Positions 1 through 13,068 of a DNA stretch of 64,000 nt are shown here, piece after piece (position 1 is the stretch's first letter; each line of letters begins with the position of its first letter). The notes under the pieces were generated by a model. It had not been told where the DNA came from and did no database searches. It saw only the letters and a list, made by a program, of their open reading frames with translations. The position numbers and the translations under genes are program-made. Location: positions 44,376-108,375 of the forward strand of contig MU619342.1 in the NCBI GenBank assembly GCA_025201805.1. The letters run 5' to 3'. This DNA comes from Parasitella parasitica NRRL 2501. Taxonomy: Eukaryota; Fungi; Mucoromycota.

Positions 1-45
1 AGGGCCACCATCATAACGGATCAGAAAGCGATGGGAGCCAAGGTC

Positions 46-77
<32 letters not shown>

Positions 78-566
78 GGGGATAATCCTGCTACAGCATC
101 AGCAGTTTTTGGAGAAAGAGCTAGGACACAAGCTTCTGTAACCAGCTCACCTCGAATCTTGACCGGCGAGGAGGATGAGGAAACCATTTATCAAACCAAA
201 GCCAAGCTGCTCGTGTTGGACACAGCTTCAGGCAACTGGAAGGAGCGTGGCGTTGGCACACTTCGCATCAATGTCAAGGAGAAAGAGCCCAAGAAGCAAT
301 TACGGACCCGTCTTGTTATGCGGGTCGACTCAGTTTATCGGGTTATTTTGAATCTGCAGCTTTTCCCAGGCATGAAGGCCTTTATCATGCAAGATAAATT
401 CGTTCGATTTGCAGGATTCGAAACAGAGGTCGACCAGGACGGTGTCACTGGAACTAGATTGGTTAGTTTTGCCCTTAAATTAAGTAATCCCTCTGTTGCA
501 AAAGAAGTCTGCGAGCAGATCATTTCTTGTATTCCACCCTCCTCTGACGACGAGTCAAAAGCATAA
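1..566 (+). CDS. RanBP1 (Ran-binding) domain protein, 3' part (Yrb2/Nup2/RanBP3-like); 5' end lies outside the window
   Basis: TGEEDEETIYQTKAKL...WKERGVGTLRIN...RLVMR...RVILN matches the RanBD signature; stop TAA at 564-566. Confidence 0.85.
45..77 (+). repeat. (CAA)n microsatellite, probably within the coding region
   Basis: caacaacaac... run. Confidence 0.85.
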
Positions 567-744
567 AACACTTGCACGATACATATATACAAAATGCACA
601 AAAAACGTAATAAAACGAATGATTGATTTTTGGGTGTACCTCAACAAGCCACATCTCGAGTGATTTTTTTCATACATGTAAAACAAAAAAAAAACAAAAA
701 AATCGAGTGCATCAGACAACGTTTTTGTTCCTTGTCAACCAGTG

Positions 745-1968
745 ATGGAAAAGTCTCGAAAAGGGCTGAAGCCTGTCAAGCTACCAGCACCCGTATTTAA
801 TTCATGGCAAAAGATCGTCTTGAGCTACGCGGACCAGCATGTCAACCAAGAGCTAATTCCTGCGGTTGTCAGCCTTCAAAAGTTGATTGAAACACAAGAT
901 GCTCCATACGACAAGCAGGCTGCTTGCATTGCACACTCTGGTAAATATGCTGATAGTAGACAGACCAAAGCAGAATCTCTAAGTCTTGAGTTTTACAAGT
1001 GAAATGTATGCAGAAAAACGTTGCCAATGCTGCCACATTGCAGCCTCACGAGGTTCTGCAAATCAAGTTTATTGTAGAGCCCATTGCGTCGCTTGGTTAC
1101 TTTGCAGCTTGTGAAAACCTATCGAGACGCACATTTGTTCCGCTGATTGAAGCCTCGTTCAAGTGCACCAGCGGCACTGACGCCAAGCTTAAAGACTACT
1201 ACTTGCAATATACAACATCCACTGACCACACCGAACCCAGCTTTGAGGAAAAGTCATTGTCGCAAAAAGCACTAGCCATTTATGCCACGTTGAAATTCCC
1301 ACTAGGCCATGATCTTATTACCGACACGTATCGCCATACCTTGCGCTTCCTGCTCAAGGGATTGCAGCATGCGCAACATGAGCTATTAGCTCACAAGAAT
1401 AGCGTCAATTCAGACCAACTTATGAACGATATCCAGTTTGCAGCCAAGACGCTGCTTGTGCTTTTATCTCGCCAGCTTGAGGTTGCGACCCGTATGTTTG
1501 ACAAAGTGGAATCCAAGACCGTTGACCACACCAAAGACGCAGATGTCATCTTGCTAGGTGACATTCTGCAGATCATGCTGGATATTTGCATCGATACTAG
1601 TACGTTTGTCAGAGAATGCAACCAGGTAGCTGGCATGGTTATTGCTGCTATCATCAACCTGGCTAATAATGTGGAATTTGCAAGAGATTGGGTACTGGGA
1701 TGGTTTTTTACGCTAGAGAGCAACCCCATTGTGGACCACATTGCGAATTCCTTGGGCGTGTTTCGTCCTCGCCAGGAACTAGTCGGTAAAGAAGGATGGA
1801 GCAACCGTAATGCGCCCATGGTATTTGTATTGCGAGGCCTGGTCTCCAGCCTTCGCAAAGAGATTGTCATGCTGGATTGTCCCGCAGAGGAAATCACACT
1901 TGTGCCCTACATCAGCAAGTAAGTACACACATTTTTGGCTTGACCCATTGACAGACAAAATTGACTCA

Positions 1969-2003
<35 letters not shown>

Positions 2004-5000
2004 ATTAGCTCACCGAAAAGAAACCTTCATGAACTCACTTTCAGCAGCATCAACCTGTTTTGCGGGCGAGCGGACCTAGACAGTTCATGCAAAGTCGTCG
2101 CCTTTGAATCCATGGCTACGTGGCTTCAGCAGACCAAGGCCATCATGGAAAAATGCACAGATAACGACAGTCTACTGATGGACGCTGCATCTGGACCGAT
2201 TCAGCCCAAAAACATAAATACGCTGATTCAGTACGTCTGGGACCATTGGGACGACCCCACCGACTCTCTCCAGCACAAAGTGCGCACTATTTTTGACCTG
2301 TCCATCTCGGCACTGGCTATCAAAACAGCCTTCTACAAGCAGCAAGACGAATACAACCGATTTTTGAGAGGGCTGCTAAAGAGCCTGCTAGCCATGGACT
2401 GGCATAGAAAAGTAAAATACTCCTTGCTGAACATGATGGTCGAGAAAGTAGACACAGATGCCTTTCTACAAGCAGAGCCCCACTTGATGCAAAAGTGCCT
2501 GTTTGCCATGGACAGCTTGATCTTGTGCCCTCAGATCGCCTTTTTCATCACGGTTTTCCTCTGCCGTCGTATACAAGATACCATTCCTGGCTATGAACAC
2601 TTTAAGGGTCATAACGGCAAGATCAAAGATTCCAAGGATACTGCTGTCACTCAAGCGACCCGTGAATGGATAGAGCTGTGGGTGTTGCCCCTGTTGCAAT
2701 GTCTCGTTTCTCCCTCTGAATTGCTGCGCAAGAACGTAGGCGGCTCCCTTTTACAATCGCTGTTTAAGACTAGTCCTCAGTCATTCTGGTACATTATCCG
2801 TATCCTGCAAAACTTGGACGACCCTTTATGGACTCGAGGACATTTGGATCCCCAACGCAGACTTCACGCATTCATCACTGTTTTGAAAGCTGGCCGAGGT
2901 CTTGACATTGTGGACGGGACGTCGTACACAACAAACCCTTCTGCCACAGGCAAAGATGAGCACATTTCCGTCGATACTTTGAAGCTTGCCATCTATCATA
3001 GTGATTCACAGGTGCGTTTGGATGTGCTTGGCTTACTCTGCGAATCTCGCAAGGCTACGTCGGCAGTAACCACTACAGAACTGGACATGCTCACCTTATT
3101 CATTCCTCTCAACATGAACTCTACTATCCCTGAATTCCGCCAGCAAATGAGCGTTTATCTGGGCAAGATCTTGACCCGTCTCCGAGGCAACATATACTCT
3201 CAGTATCGCAATTACAAATCGCTGCTGGCGTATGCAGACAAACCGGATACGGAGGAAGCGAAACGAGAGAGTGCCTTGGTGGATGCGCAGGGCATTTTGG
3301 CAGCCATTGATCAAGCAAAGTCTTTTCTTTACTGGCTCTGCGACCATATTGCTAATTCTCTGTATCCTGGGGCTTCTTCTCAGCGTGTAGCTACAGCTTT
3401 ACGCATGCTGAACATGGTCGTCAAGGTATTTGGTGTCACGGATTTGCCTCCCATCGAAGGGTTTACCGATCAGCAGCCCGATTTTCCTTTTACGCTGCCT
3501 ATTGCCAATCCTCGCCTCTGCAAGATTTTGGTAGATGGCTTTATGAACCCCTACGATTTCAATCGTGTGCAAGCATTCAACATACTGTGCCACTACCCTA
3601 GCCCTCTTCCTGGCATCGAGGCCAAACATGATGCACAAGACTTGCTTTGGTGGGGGCTGAATAACGTAGTGAGCACGCGTGCTAACGAGAGCGATAGTGG
3701 AGCTTTGATCTTTAGACTGGTGTTTACCAAGTATGTCGTGGAATTGGGCTATGACTTGAGCCCTGAACAGAGTGCTGCCAGTGTAGCTTCTGCCACAGAG
3801 ACCACCGCTACTATTTTGTCTGACGCACCTATCATCTTTACAGAAAAGCTGCTGAATTTGCTCGAAAAGCAGGTTCACATTGCCAAGACCAACCTACTGC
3901 TTGCCTCACAGCAACATCCCATGCACGGTACTCTGCTCGCATTACAATACGTTTTTCGAGAAATTGATTATAAAAGCACCACTGTCAAAAGCAACCTGGC
4001 GCAATGGAGAAAAATACATGCTCGTGCCATTGAATTAATCCATTCCACTTGCAACACTGTGATGTCTGTGCTTTCTGACGCCTCGCCTGAAGGCAATGTT
4101 CCTACTGATTATCGACAGGACGACGACGACGACGGTGACGATGGTGACGAAGACGAAGACGAGGACGACGCCGAGCAAGACAACCTTGATCATGGCTCTG
4201 GGCCCAAGCACCAGGTTATCTTGAGTTGTTGCTGGCGTGCTGTTAAAGAAGCGAGTTCCTTGCTTCAAGTGATCATTTCAAAGGCGCCAGCTTCTGCACA
4301 CATCTCGGAAGATGGTGCCATCTTGACTCATCAAGACTTGGTGCAGAGCGGATCGTTGTTCCATCATCTGCTGACGAGCATTAGACACCGCGGCGCCTTT
4401 TCGGCCGTCTACCCTGCATACGTTGCACTCAATACACGCTTGCTGACATCTCGCGATGCGTCCATTGCACAGCTCCCCGCACAGTGGCTCCAAAAGAACC
4501 TGGACAGCCTGACCTCCAGCAACATCTCTATTACTCGCCGTAGTGCTGGTCTTCCCCTGTGCATCTTGGCCATTGTCAGCAGCGAGCCGTCTATCAAAAA
4601 AGAGCTTCTGAGTAGAGCTATAAAGTACCTGATGCAGCTAGCGAGTGCTGAACCTCCCTTGGATGCAGACCAAAGAATCGACTTGCCACAAGTCCATGCC
4701 TACAATATCATGCGCACCATCTTTATGGACTCCAAACTGGGCGCACATGTATTGGAATACGCGTCTGAAGGGTTCGCTCTTGCCATCAATGGATTTTCCT
4801 CCCACAGCTGGGCTATCCGTAACTGCTCTGTGATGCTGTTTTCTACTCTGCTGCAGAGAACATTTGGTAAAAAAAAGACGCGCGACGAGCACAGCAGCGT
4901 CAATACACTTACAGGCCGCGAGTTCTTTGTTCGCTTCCCTGACCTGCATCCTTATCTTTTGAAGGAATTAAGCGTGGCGGTAGACCAGTTGCTGAAAAAC

Positions 5001-7208
5001 TCGCTAGCTGCTAGCGTCCACCCCGGGCTTTATCCCATCTTGACCCTGCTCTCCCGCATGCAGCCCTCCAACACCAACGACGAGGATGAAAAGGAAACCA
5101 TTTTGACGCCCTTCATCCCTCTTGTCATGCCTTGCGCTGCCAGCGCTATATACAAGACGCGTGAAATGGCCGCACGAGCGCTGGTTCCTTTGGTTCAGGA
5201 CGTAGTTCCCACTGCCAGACAACTGGTTAGCATCTCAAATGCAACAACACAGAACGAAATCCATGGCAGATTGCTCCAGACGCAATTCCTTTTGCGCGGC
5301 CACTTGTACTCTGCCAACATTGCCAGCAAGGCATTGCTTTCATTCGTTCACGACATGGCTGCTCCCTTCTCGGCCTTGCTTGAATTGCTACGTGAAAGGA
5401 GGTTCTGCAACATGAACAGCGCGCTGCTGCTGAGCATCACCAACGAGTTCTTTGTAGAGACCAAGTGGATGGCGCATGATGGCAGCATCAGCAGCGAGCT
5501 GGCTGAACTTGCAAACGACAAATTCGCTCTTGTCAGGAGCACTGTCCGGGAATACTGTATCCATGCATTCAAGAATGATGCCGCGTCTGGTGGTATTGCC
5601 TCTTACTTGGTCAGAGAAAACATGGCAAACGTCATTGTAAATACCACTTTGAGCAGATCCAATGCAAAGGTAGATGATCTTTTGTTCTTGCTTGGCAGTC
5701 GTGATTACGAAGTGCGTCTTTTGGTGCTTGAAAAGCTTCTCGACTATTACAGCTCGCAGTCTTCAGAAAGCATTTCTGGGTAGGTTTTTTGATTTAAAAA
5801 AAAAAACGCTTTTATTAACCTTTGCAGCAGAACCTGTCAACTGCAATCCATCTTGGTGCAAAGAACATTTGCCGGCGAAGACAGTTTGAATTGTTATGTT
5901 GCGACAGCTAAATTACTGATGTCTTTGAACTCCAAGGAGCCCTACCCTTCAACCAATACCAACTTGCCATTCACGCTGGAAGAATACTGGAATCAGCTGG
6001 TTGTTCAATTCTCTGAGAAGCGTGCTTTATCAGTGACAGAATCAGTTCTTCCGCTATTAGGCGCCTTGCTCGCCCAGGTAAATAAAGAAAAAAAAAAAAA
6101 AATATCAAAGAACTGGCACAACTCTAACTTCAAGTAGATTCTTCGCCAAACTTGCGATTCAAGCTGGGTGCAGCAATGCCTTGTTACGTGGAGCGGTTAC
6201 ATTGAGAAATACAGCCAAAAGGACATCACACTGCCTCTTCGCGAAGCGGTAGTGAAATCGCTCGGCTTCACATCTAGCCAAGTGTTCATGAGTGAATTTG
6301 ACGCCTCTGTTGAAGATACTCGGGTTACTGCAGCATTAGCCATTACGCAATTGTTGCAAGATGACGATATAGACGTGCGTAATGATACCGCTAGCATTGT
6401 TTCTGAGGCTTTCTGCTTGAAAGCGCCTGTGCACCATGAGCGTGCTTTGGAGCTGGTGCACCGGCATTTATTGTCTCGATTTTCCAAATCTCGCCTGCTG
6501 AAGACGACGCTTTCACACTGGCTTGTTGGCGAAAACAGCTTGCAGAGTGTTTGGGAAAACGAGCGCTCTCAGTCAAAGGCTCTCTTTGCTAAAGAGGATC
6601 CCAACATATACAAGGAGGATTTGATTGATCTGCAATGGGCAAACGTTGATCTGGAAGTGCTTTATTTGAAGCACCCCAAAGCGTCAAAGTGCACTGGTGG
6701 TCTGGCTGCAAGATGTCGACACTTGAGTGCATTTAGCGCTTTATTGAACAAGATGTCTGGAAATGTAAGTTCTAATACGCATTCGCCCAATGGGTGTGCG
6801 GGGGTTCTCACCGTATTTCTTAGCTTATGCAAAATGGCCCTTTTGGCATCACATCTAAAGCTAATATCTTTTTGGCTGCATACGGTACAATCGAATCTCT
6901 GCATTTAGATGTAGAGGCGTTGGACACTATGGAATCAGCCCCTACTTTTGAACTTGCCCAGTCAATTCAAGGCATGTATAAAGTTGCTGTTGATTTAGCA
7001 GTTACACTGACATAGGCGAATAGATCTTTCCTGCTCTCTCTATGCATTAAAAGAGGCGTGGATGCATCCAGTTCTCTGGAATTTACTACGAGGCGATGAT
7101 GGCTTGTACGCCAAAACAAAACGTTTCCTGAAACACCACTGCAACAAGACGGAATTCAACAACATGTTCTTGCTTGCTCCTGACTCTAGAAAGCTGTTGA
7201 ATCAATAA
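745..7208 (+). CDS. TRM732: THADA/Trm732, tRNA 2'-O-methyltransferase (Trm7) regulator, DUF2428 armadillo protein; multi-exon
   Basis: Motifs SCCWRAVKEAS, IRHRGAF, ITRRSAGLP, PQVHAYN, WAIRN, LHPYL, FAKEDPN; exons linked through ORFs 742, 999, 2112, 5853, 6168 and 6827; last exon 7024-7208. Confidence 0.9.
1968..2003 (+). repeat. (CTG)n microsatellite in a THADA intron, just upstream of the acceptor
   Basis: tgctgctg... run. Confidence 0.85.
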
Positions 7209-7408
7209 ACTTTAGATATTTAACGTCAAATTTATTGTAGTAAAAAAAAAAGATGGGTGGTGGTGGAGGAGGAGGAGGAGGAGGAGGAAATACTATGTAT
7301 AAATAATGGATGCGGATGGTGGCGGGGGGGGAGGGGGAGGGGAGGGTTTTTTTTGTTTTGTTTTTTTGGGAATAATAAATAATAAAAAAGGACAGCTCTA
7401 GAGAGAAG

Positions 7409-10056
7409 TTAACCGCTGCACATGAGACAGGCGTCCTGGTTATCTATGGAGCACTGTAGCTGGGCTAATCTTTTTTCTTCTTCTGCTTCTTGCTCGGTTT
7501 TGTTTTCAGCCAAGGCCATACTCTTGAGGGCCAGCTGATCGACAGTGAATTTAATGGCATCGACAGCAGGCCTTGATCGCAGATAATACATGCCAGTCTT
7601 CAACCCCTTTTTCCAGGCGTAAAAATGCATCGAGGTGAGCTTGCCGTAATTAGGCTCCGCAGAGAACAAGTTCATCGACTGCGACTGATCAATGAAAGCA
7701 GCTCTATCAGCAGCCATGTCAATAATAGTACGCTGCGAGATCTCCCAGACGGTCTTGTAGAGCTTCTTTAAATTGTCAGGGATGTTGGGGATTTCTTGGA
7801 TACTGCCGCCGTGTGCAATCATCATGTTTTTGACATTATCATTCCACAAGCCCAGTCGAACAAGGTCGTTCAGCAAGTATTGATTAACCACTTGGAATTC
7901 GCCGCTTTGCACGCGACGAGTGTAGATGTTGCTGGTGTAAGGTTCAAAGCATTCGTTGTTGCCCAATATCTGACTGGTGCTGGCGGTAGGCATAGGGGCC
8001 AGGAGAAGAGAGTTGCGGATACCATGCTCTTTAATCTTGGCCCTGAGTGCGGGCCAATCAAAGCGATCTGAACCCTTTACTTTCCAGAGATCGTGTTGAA
8101 GCAAACCTTGGCTCACAGGCGAGCCTTTGTAAGTTTCATAAGGACCTACTTGTTGAGCAATTTCACAGGAAGCTTCCAAGGCAGCAAAGTAGATGCCTTC
8201 AAAGATGTCTTTGTTTAATTGACTGGCTTCGGGAGAATCAAATGGATAGCCCATCAGGATGAATGCATCAGCAAGGCCCTGAACACCGAGGCCGATACTG
8301 TTTCAGAGAAAGAGAGAGATTCAGTACAACACCAAACGCAATTCGATATTACACACTTACGGTCTGTGTCTCATATTACTTGTGCGAGCTTCTTCTACAG
8401 GGTAGTAGTTGACATCAATGACTTTGTTCAAGTTTTTGGTGACAACCTTGGCAACCTCATGCAGTTTGCCAAAGTCGAAAGTCTTGGTCTCTGGGTCTAC
8501 AAACTTGGGCAGAGCAAGAGAGGCCAGATTGCAGACAGCCACTTCATCAGGAGCAGTGTATTCGACAATCTCTGTGCACAGATTGGATGTGGAGATGGTG
8601 CCCAGATTCTTTTGATTTGACTTTTCGTTACAGGCGTCTTTGAAGCAGATGTCAATCATTTACTGCATATATCTTTATATGTATATATATATGTATATAT
8701 TTAGCTTACCTTTATAAAGCATATAAGGCATACCAGTCTCGATTTGCGCTTCCAGGATGGCAAACCAGAGTTTTTGGGCATCGATTGTCTTTTTGGCTCT
8801 ACCCTCAGCTTCATACTGGAGATAAAGAGCGTTGAACTTTTCGCCGTAGACCTCGTTTAAGCCAGGCGCTTCATTAGGACAGAAAAGAGACCATTTGCCG
8901 TTATCTTCGACACCTGCATAAGAAGAAGAAAAAAAAAATGTTTAGTTGACAGAATGGTAGTCTAAATTCACAACATACGCTGCATAAAGAGATCCGGCAC
9001 CCACAGGCCCAAGAATAAATCACGAGCGCGCATTTCCTCGGCGCCATTGTTCTTTCTCAATTCCAAAAAGTCAAAGACATCCACATGCCAAGGCTCAAGG
9101 TACATGGCAAAGTTTCCGTTGCGCTTTCCGCCACCCTGAGTGACAAAACGAGCAGTGTCGTTGAACACGCGGAGCATAGGAACAATGCCATTCGACGTGC
9201 CGTTGGTGCCAGCGATGTAGGAACCTGAGCCACGGATCTTTTGAAAGGCAACACCAACACCGCCAGCAGCTTTGGAGATGCGTGCACACGTTGTAAGCGT
9301 ATCGTAGATGCCCTCAATACTGTCGTCGCGCATTTGCACAAGGAAGCAGCTCGATAGCTGAGGCTTGGGCGTGCCAGCGTTGAACAAGGTGGGAGTCGCA
9401 TGCGTAAAGTATTTAGAAGACATCAGGTCGTAGGTCTTGAAGGCGCTCTCCAGATCAGAGCCGTGGATGCCCAGAGCCACACGCATAATCATATACTGCG
9501 GACGCTCAACAATCTTGCCGTTGATTTTAAACAGGTAGCTACGCTCCAGCGTTTTGAATCCAAAAAAGTTGAATGCGAAATCTCTTTCGCATACAATGGC
9601 AGCATCGATCCTCTCAGCGTTGGCCTTCACAACGTCATACAGCTCCTTGGAGATGAGAGGATTGGGCTGCTTGAGCTTGGGATGTACGTGGTGATACAGC
9701 TTGTCGATTACAGTGCTGAATTTATCATCTGTTTCCTTTTGGAGATTGGATATGACAATGCGCGCTGCCAGGACGGCAAAGTCAGGATGGCTGGTTGTCA
9801 TGTACGCCGCAGTCTCTGCAGCCAGATTGTCCAATTCAACAGTTGTGATGCCCTGATAGACGCCTGATACTACCTTTTGAGAGATCTGAGCAGGGATGAC
9901 GAAATCCTCGTTGAGGCCGTAACATAGCTTGGCAATGCGAGAAGTGATCTTGTCGAAATGGACGTTTTCTTTGCTGCCGTCTGTTTTGAGAGCATGTTAG
10001 TTGCCCTATCAATGGATTCGTAGCCGCACAAACATACCTCTTTTAATAACATACAT
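7409..10056 (-). CDS. RNR1: Ribonucleoside-diphosphate reductase large subunit (class Ia), multi-exon
   Basis: MYVIKR(D)G start; [56 protein letters not shown]-terminal CLMCSG. Confidence 0.97.
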
Positions 10057-10207
10057 CATTCTTTGGTTGTACTTGTTATTGCTGTCAGTTTATCAAATAT
10101 GAAAGGAAATCTTCCTGCTAAGATTTTTTTTTCTTTCTCGTAAAAAGAATTATGTACAAAGAGAGAGAGAGAAAGAGAGAAGGAGGGAGGAAAAGGAGCA
10201 TTCCATT

Positions 10208-10267
10208 CACGTCGCGCCTACTTGAACGCCTGTCATTGTATTACATTGATTATAAACGCGACGCGCT
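10208..10267. promoter_or_regulatory. Candidate MCB-like (ACGCG) G1/S elements upstream of RNR1
   Basis: aaACGCGACGCGctc at ~10256-10266 and gtcgcgcc at ~10211; CGCG is otherwise rare in this intergenic region. Confidence 0.45.
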
Positions 10268-11244
10268 CATGCTCTTCTCAACGTCACTTAACCAACATGT
10301 CAAGAACAGTTGCATGTTACACGGTCGATAGTTGCTGCATCTTTTGCAATCATCAGATATATAGTCAAATGGTATATATAAAGAAAGAAAGAAAGAAAGA
10401 AAAAAGCGTATTTCAGGAACACGCCTCTTGATGTATCATGTTTGATTTGACACAAAAAGAAATGGAGGTTTCAGAGAATAAAGCAAACAGTGCCGACAGA
10501 TATTGACATTAACATTTGCGTATTAGGCTCACGCTCTCTGTGTGTACAGAAACCGCCCATCACAATCCATTTGTTAATGACAAGCTTATCAAATGTACGA
10601 TAATCAAATCCTGCTAAACCTTTCATGTTAAATGCCTCGTATCTGTCGCAAAAGTTACCAAAAAGAAGCATGGTTAAAGACAAACAAAGATCTCGTGTAG
10701 CAAAAAAAAACAGCTTTTCTTTTCATACTCGAGGCACATTTGCTCACAACTTCCGTTAAAGAAACCGTTGGACCGAGATTGAACCTGGAAAACACAAGTG
10801 ACAACTGCGTGTACTGTCGAATTTTCAATTATGGGCAAGTAAAAGTTACCAGGGGAAAACAGCAATTTTGGTACAGTATGTGGAATTTGCATTACAAATG
10901 CTAATGGGCTTTAAATAAACACCGAATTATGGATTGATTTACGTTTGGCTGATGCCAGGCATGGTCATCGCTATCCGAGCATAACTTGATTTTCCACTGA
11001 GCAATGTGTCTATCAAAAGTTATGCGCTGGTTTCACTCTTTCCTCCGCACTTTAGCCCAAGGCGAGGCAGGAGCATGCTAGAAGACCTGCTACAGTTGTG
11101 CAATAAATAAATCTGGCAATTTCGTTGCAACAAAACCTCAGTACATCCTTCCTTATCAAGACGTGCTCGTATTGATAGTGTACAAGTATTTAATGTCCTC
11201 TAATGTAAGTGATAACACTAGTCTTTTTTGGCCCCTTTCAATAA

Positions 11245-11279
<35 letters not shown>

Positions 11280-11287
11280 AAGAAATC

Positions 11288-12591
11288 ATGAAGTGGATGG
11301 GAAAAAGAGTAGCGCCCTATGTATTTTTGACAGCTGGTCTGATGCTTGTACTTTTATCAATCCAAACGTATTTCACCATCTCCAAAAATAACAGGATACA
11401 AGCAAGCGGGAAAAATGGCGCACAGCTACAAGACAACAGCCCTGTAAAAGCGTGTTTTGTAGTTTTGGTGCGAAATAGCGAATTGGATGGCATTGCTTCT
11501 ACAATGCTTCAGCTGGAAAAGACATTCAACTCCAAGTTCAACTACCCCTATGTGTTTCTAAATGACGATGATTTTACAACAGAGTTCAAGCAGTCGACTG
11601 CTGCGTTGACAAAAGCACAAACAAAATACGGAAAGGTTGACCATCAAATGTGGGGCTATCCGCCTCATATCAACCAAACCTACGCCGCTGATTGTAGAAA
11701 CAAAATGGCAGCCAAGGGCATTCCTTATGCAGACAGTGAGTCGTATAGACATATGTGCAGGTAAATTTTGATTGCTTGCTTTTTTTTTTCTTTTTTTTCC
11801 AGGAGCTATGTTACTGATTTTTGCGCAAGATTTCAAAGCGGATTCTTCTTTAGACATCCCATGTTGGATGAGTACGATTATTACTGGCGCATCGAACCCT
11901 ACGTTGACTATACGTGCGACGTCGACTACGATGTGTTTAAATTCATGCGAAACAACAACAAGAAATACGGTAAGTCTTTTCAGCCTTTTACAACGGGTAT
12001 AATCAAGGCAGCAGTCCAGCTAACATTTGTAAAGGCTTTACCATTGCTTTCAGAGAATTTCTCGAAACCGTGCCGACTCTGTGGCAGACAGTGATGGACT
12101 TTAAACGAGACTATCCTGATGTTGCTTCTCGATGGCCTTCCGAAAAAGATTCGTTGGAGAAATTTGTTACAAACGACGGCAACAGTTACAATGGATGTCA
12201 TTTTTGGACCAACTTTGAGATTGCATCGCTCGACCTGTGGAGATCAAACGATTATCTGAAACTGTTTAGCTATTTGGATCAGCAAGGCGGGTTCTTTTAT
12301 GAGCGCTGGGGAGACGCTCCTGTACATTCGATAGCTGCGTCGTTGATGCTGAACCAGAGAGATTTTCACTTTTTTAACGATATTGGCTACAGACATACTG
12401 CGTATACACATTGTCCTACAGAGCCCGAGTTCCGTGATAAATGCTCATGTGATCCAGGCGTAAATATGGGTAATGCAATATAATTTAGCTGCAACTTTTT
12501 TTTTTATGCCATATAACTAACGTGTAATGCGCTGATAGATTATACTGATCCAATGTCATGCTACCCTGTATATAAAGCAGCTTTCGATTGA
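11288..12591 (+). CDS. Alpha-1,2-mannosyltransferase, GT15 (Kre2/Ktr family)
   Basis: N-terminal TM; LVRNSEL, YPYVFLND, SESYRHMCR|FQSGFFF, YYWRIEP, CHFWTNFEI, GGFFYERWGDAPVHSIA; 3 introns. Confidence 0.93.
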
Positions 12592-13068
12592 TGCCTTTGC
12601 TTGAAACAACGTCGAATGCCCTTGTATTACTAGAAAACCTAATCGGTCTTGTCAACACAATCGAGTCCAATGCAGATGTGTATTTATCATGCGTTTAGAT
12701 ACAACTATCACCAACAATTTTTTTTTTTTTTTTTTNNNNNNNNNNNNNNNNNNNNNNNNNNNNNNNNNNNNNNNNNNNNNNNNNNNNNNNNNNNNNNNNN
12801 NNNNNNNNNNNNNNNNNNNNNNNNNNNNNNNNNNNNNNNNNNNNNNNNNNNNNNNNNNNNNNNNNNNNNNNNNNNNNNNNNNNNNNNNNNNNNNNNNNNN
12901 NNNNNNNNNNNNNNNNNNNNNNNNNNNNNNNNNNNNNNNNNNNNNNNNNNNNNNNNNNNNNNNNNNNNNNNNNNNNNNNNNNNNNNNNNNNNNNNNNNNN
13001 NNNNNNNNNNCTCTCCTTCTTTCCTTCTTCTTTTCTATTGTACATAATTGCATACAGACATAAACAAC

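Noticed and set aside
1391-6904. Numerous short antisense ORFs over THADA (and likewise over RNR1, the SH3 gene and the MFS gene)
   Set aside because: Shadow ORFs of real genes on the opposite strand
12649-13063. X-rich ORFs (also 62571-63666)
   Set aside because: Artefacts of N gaps
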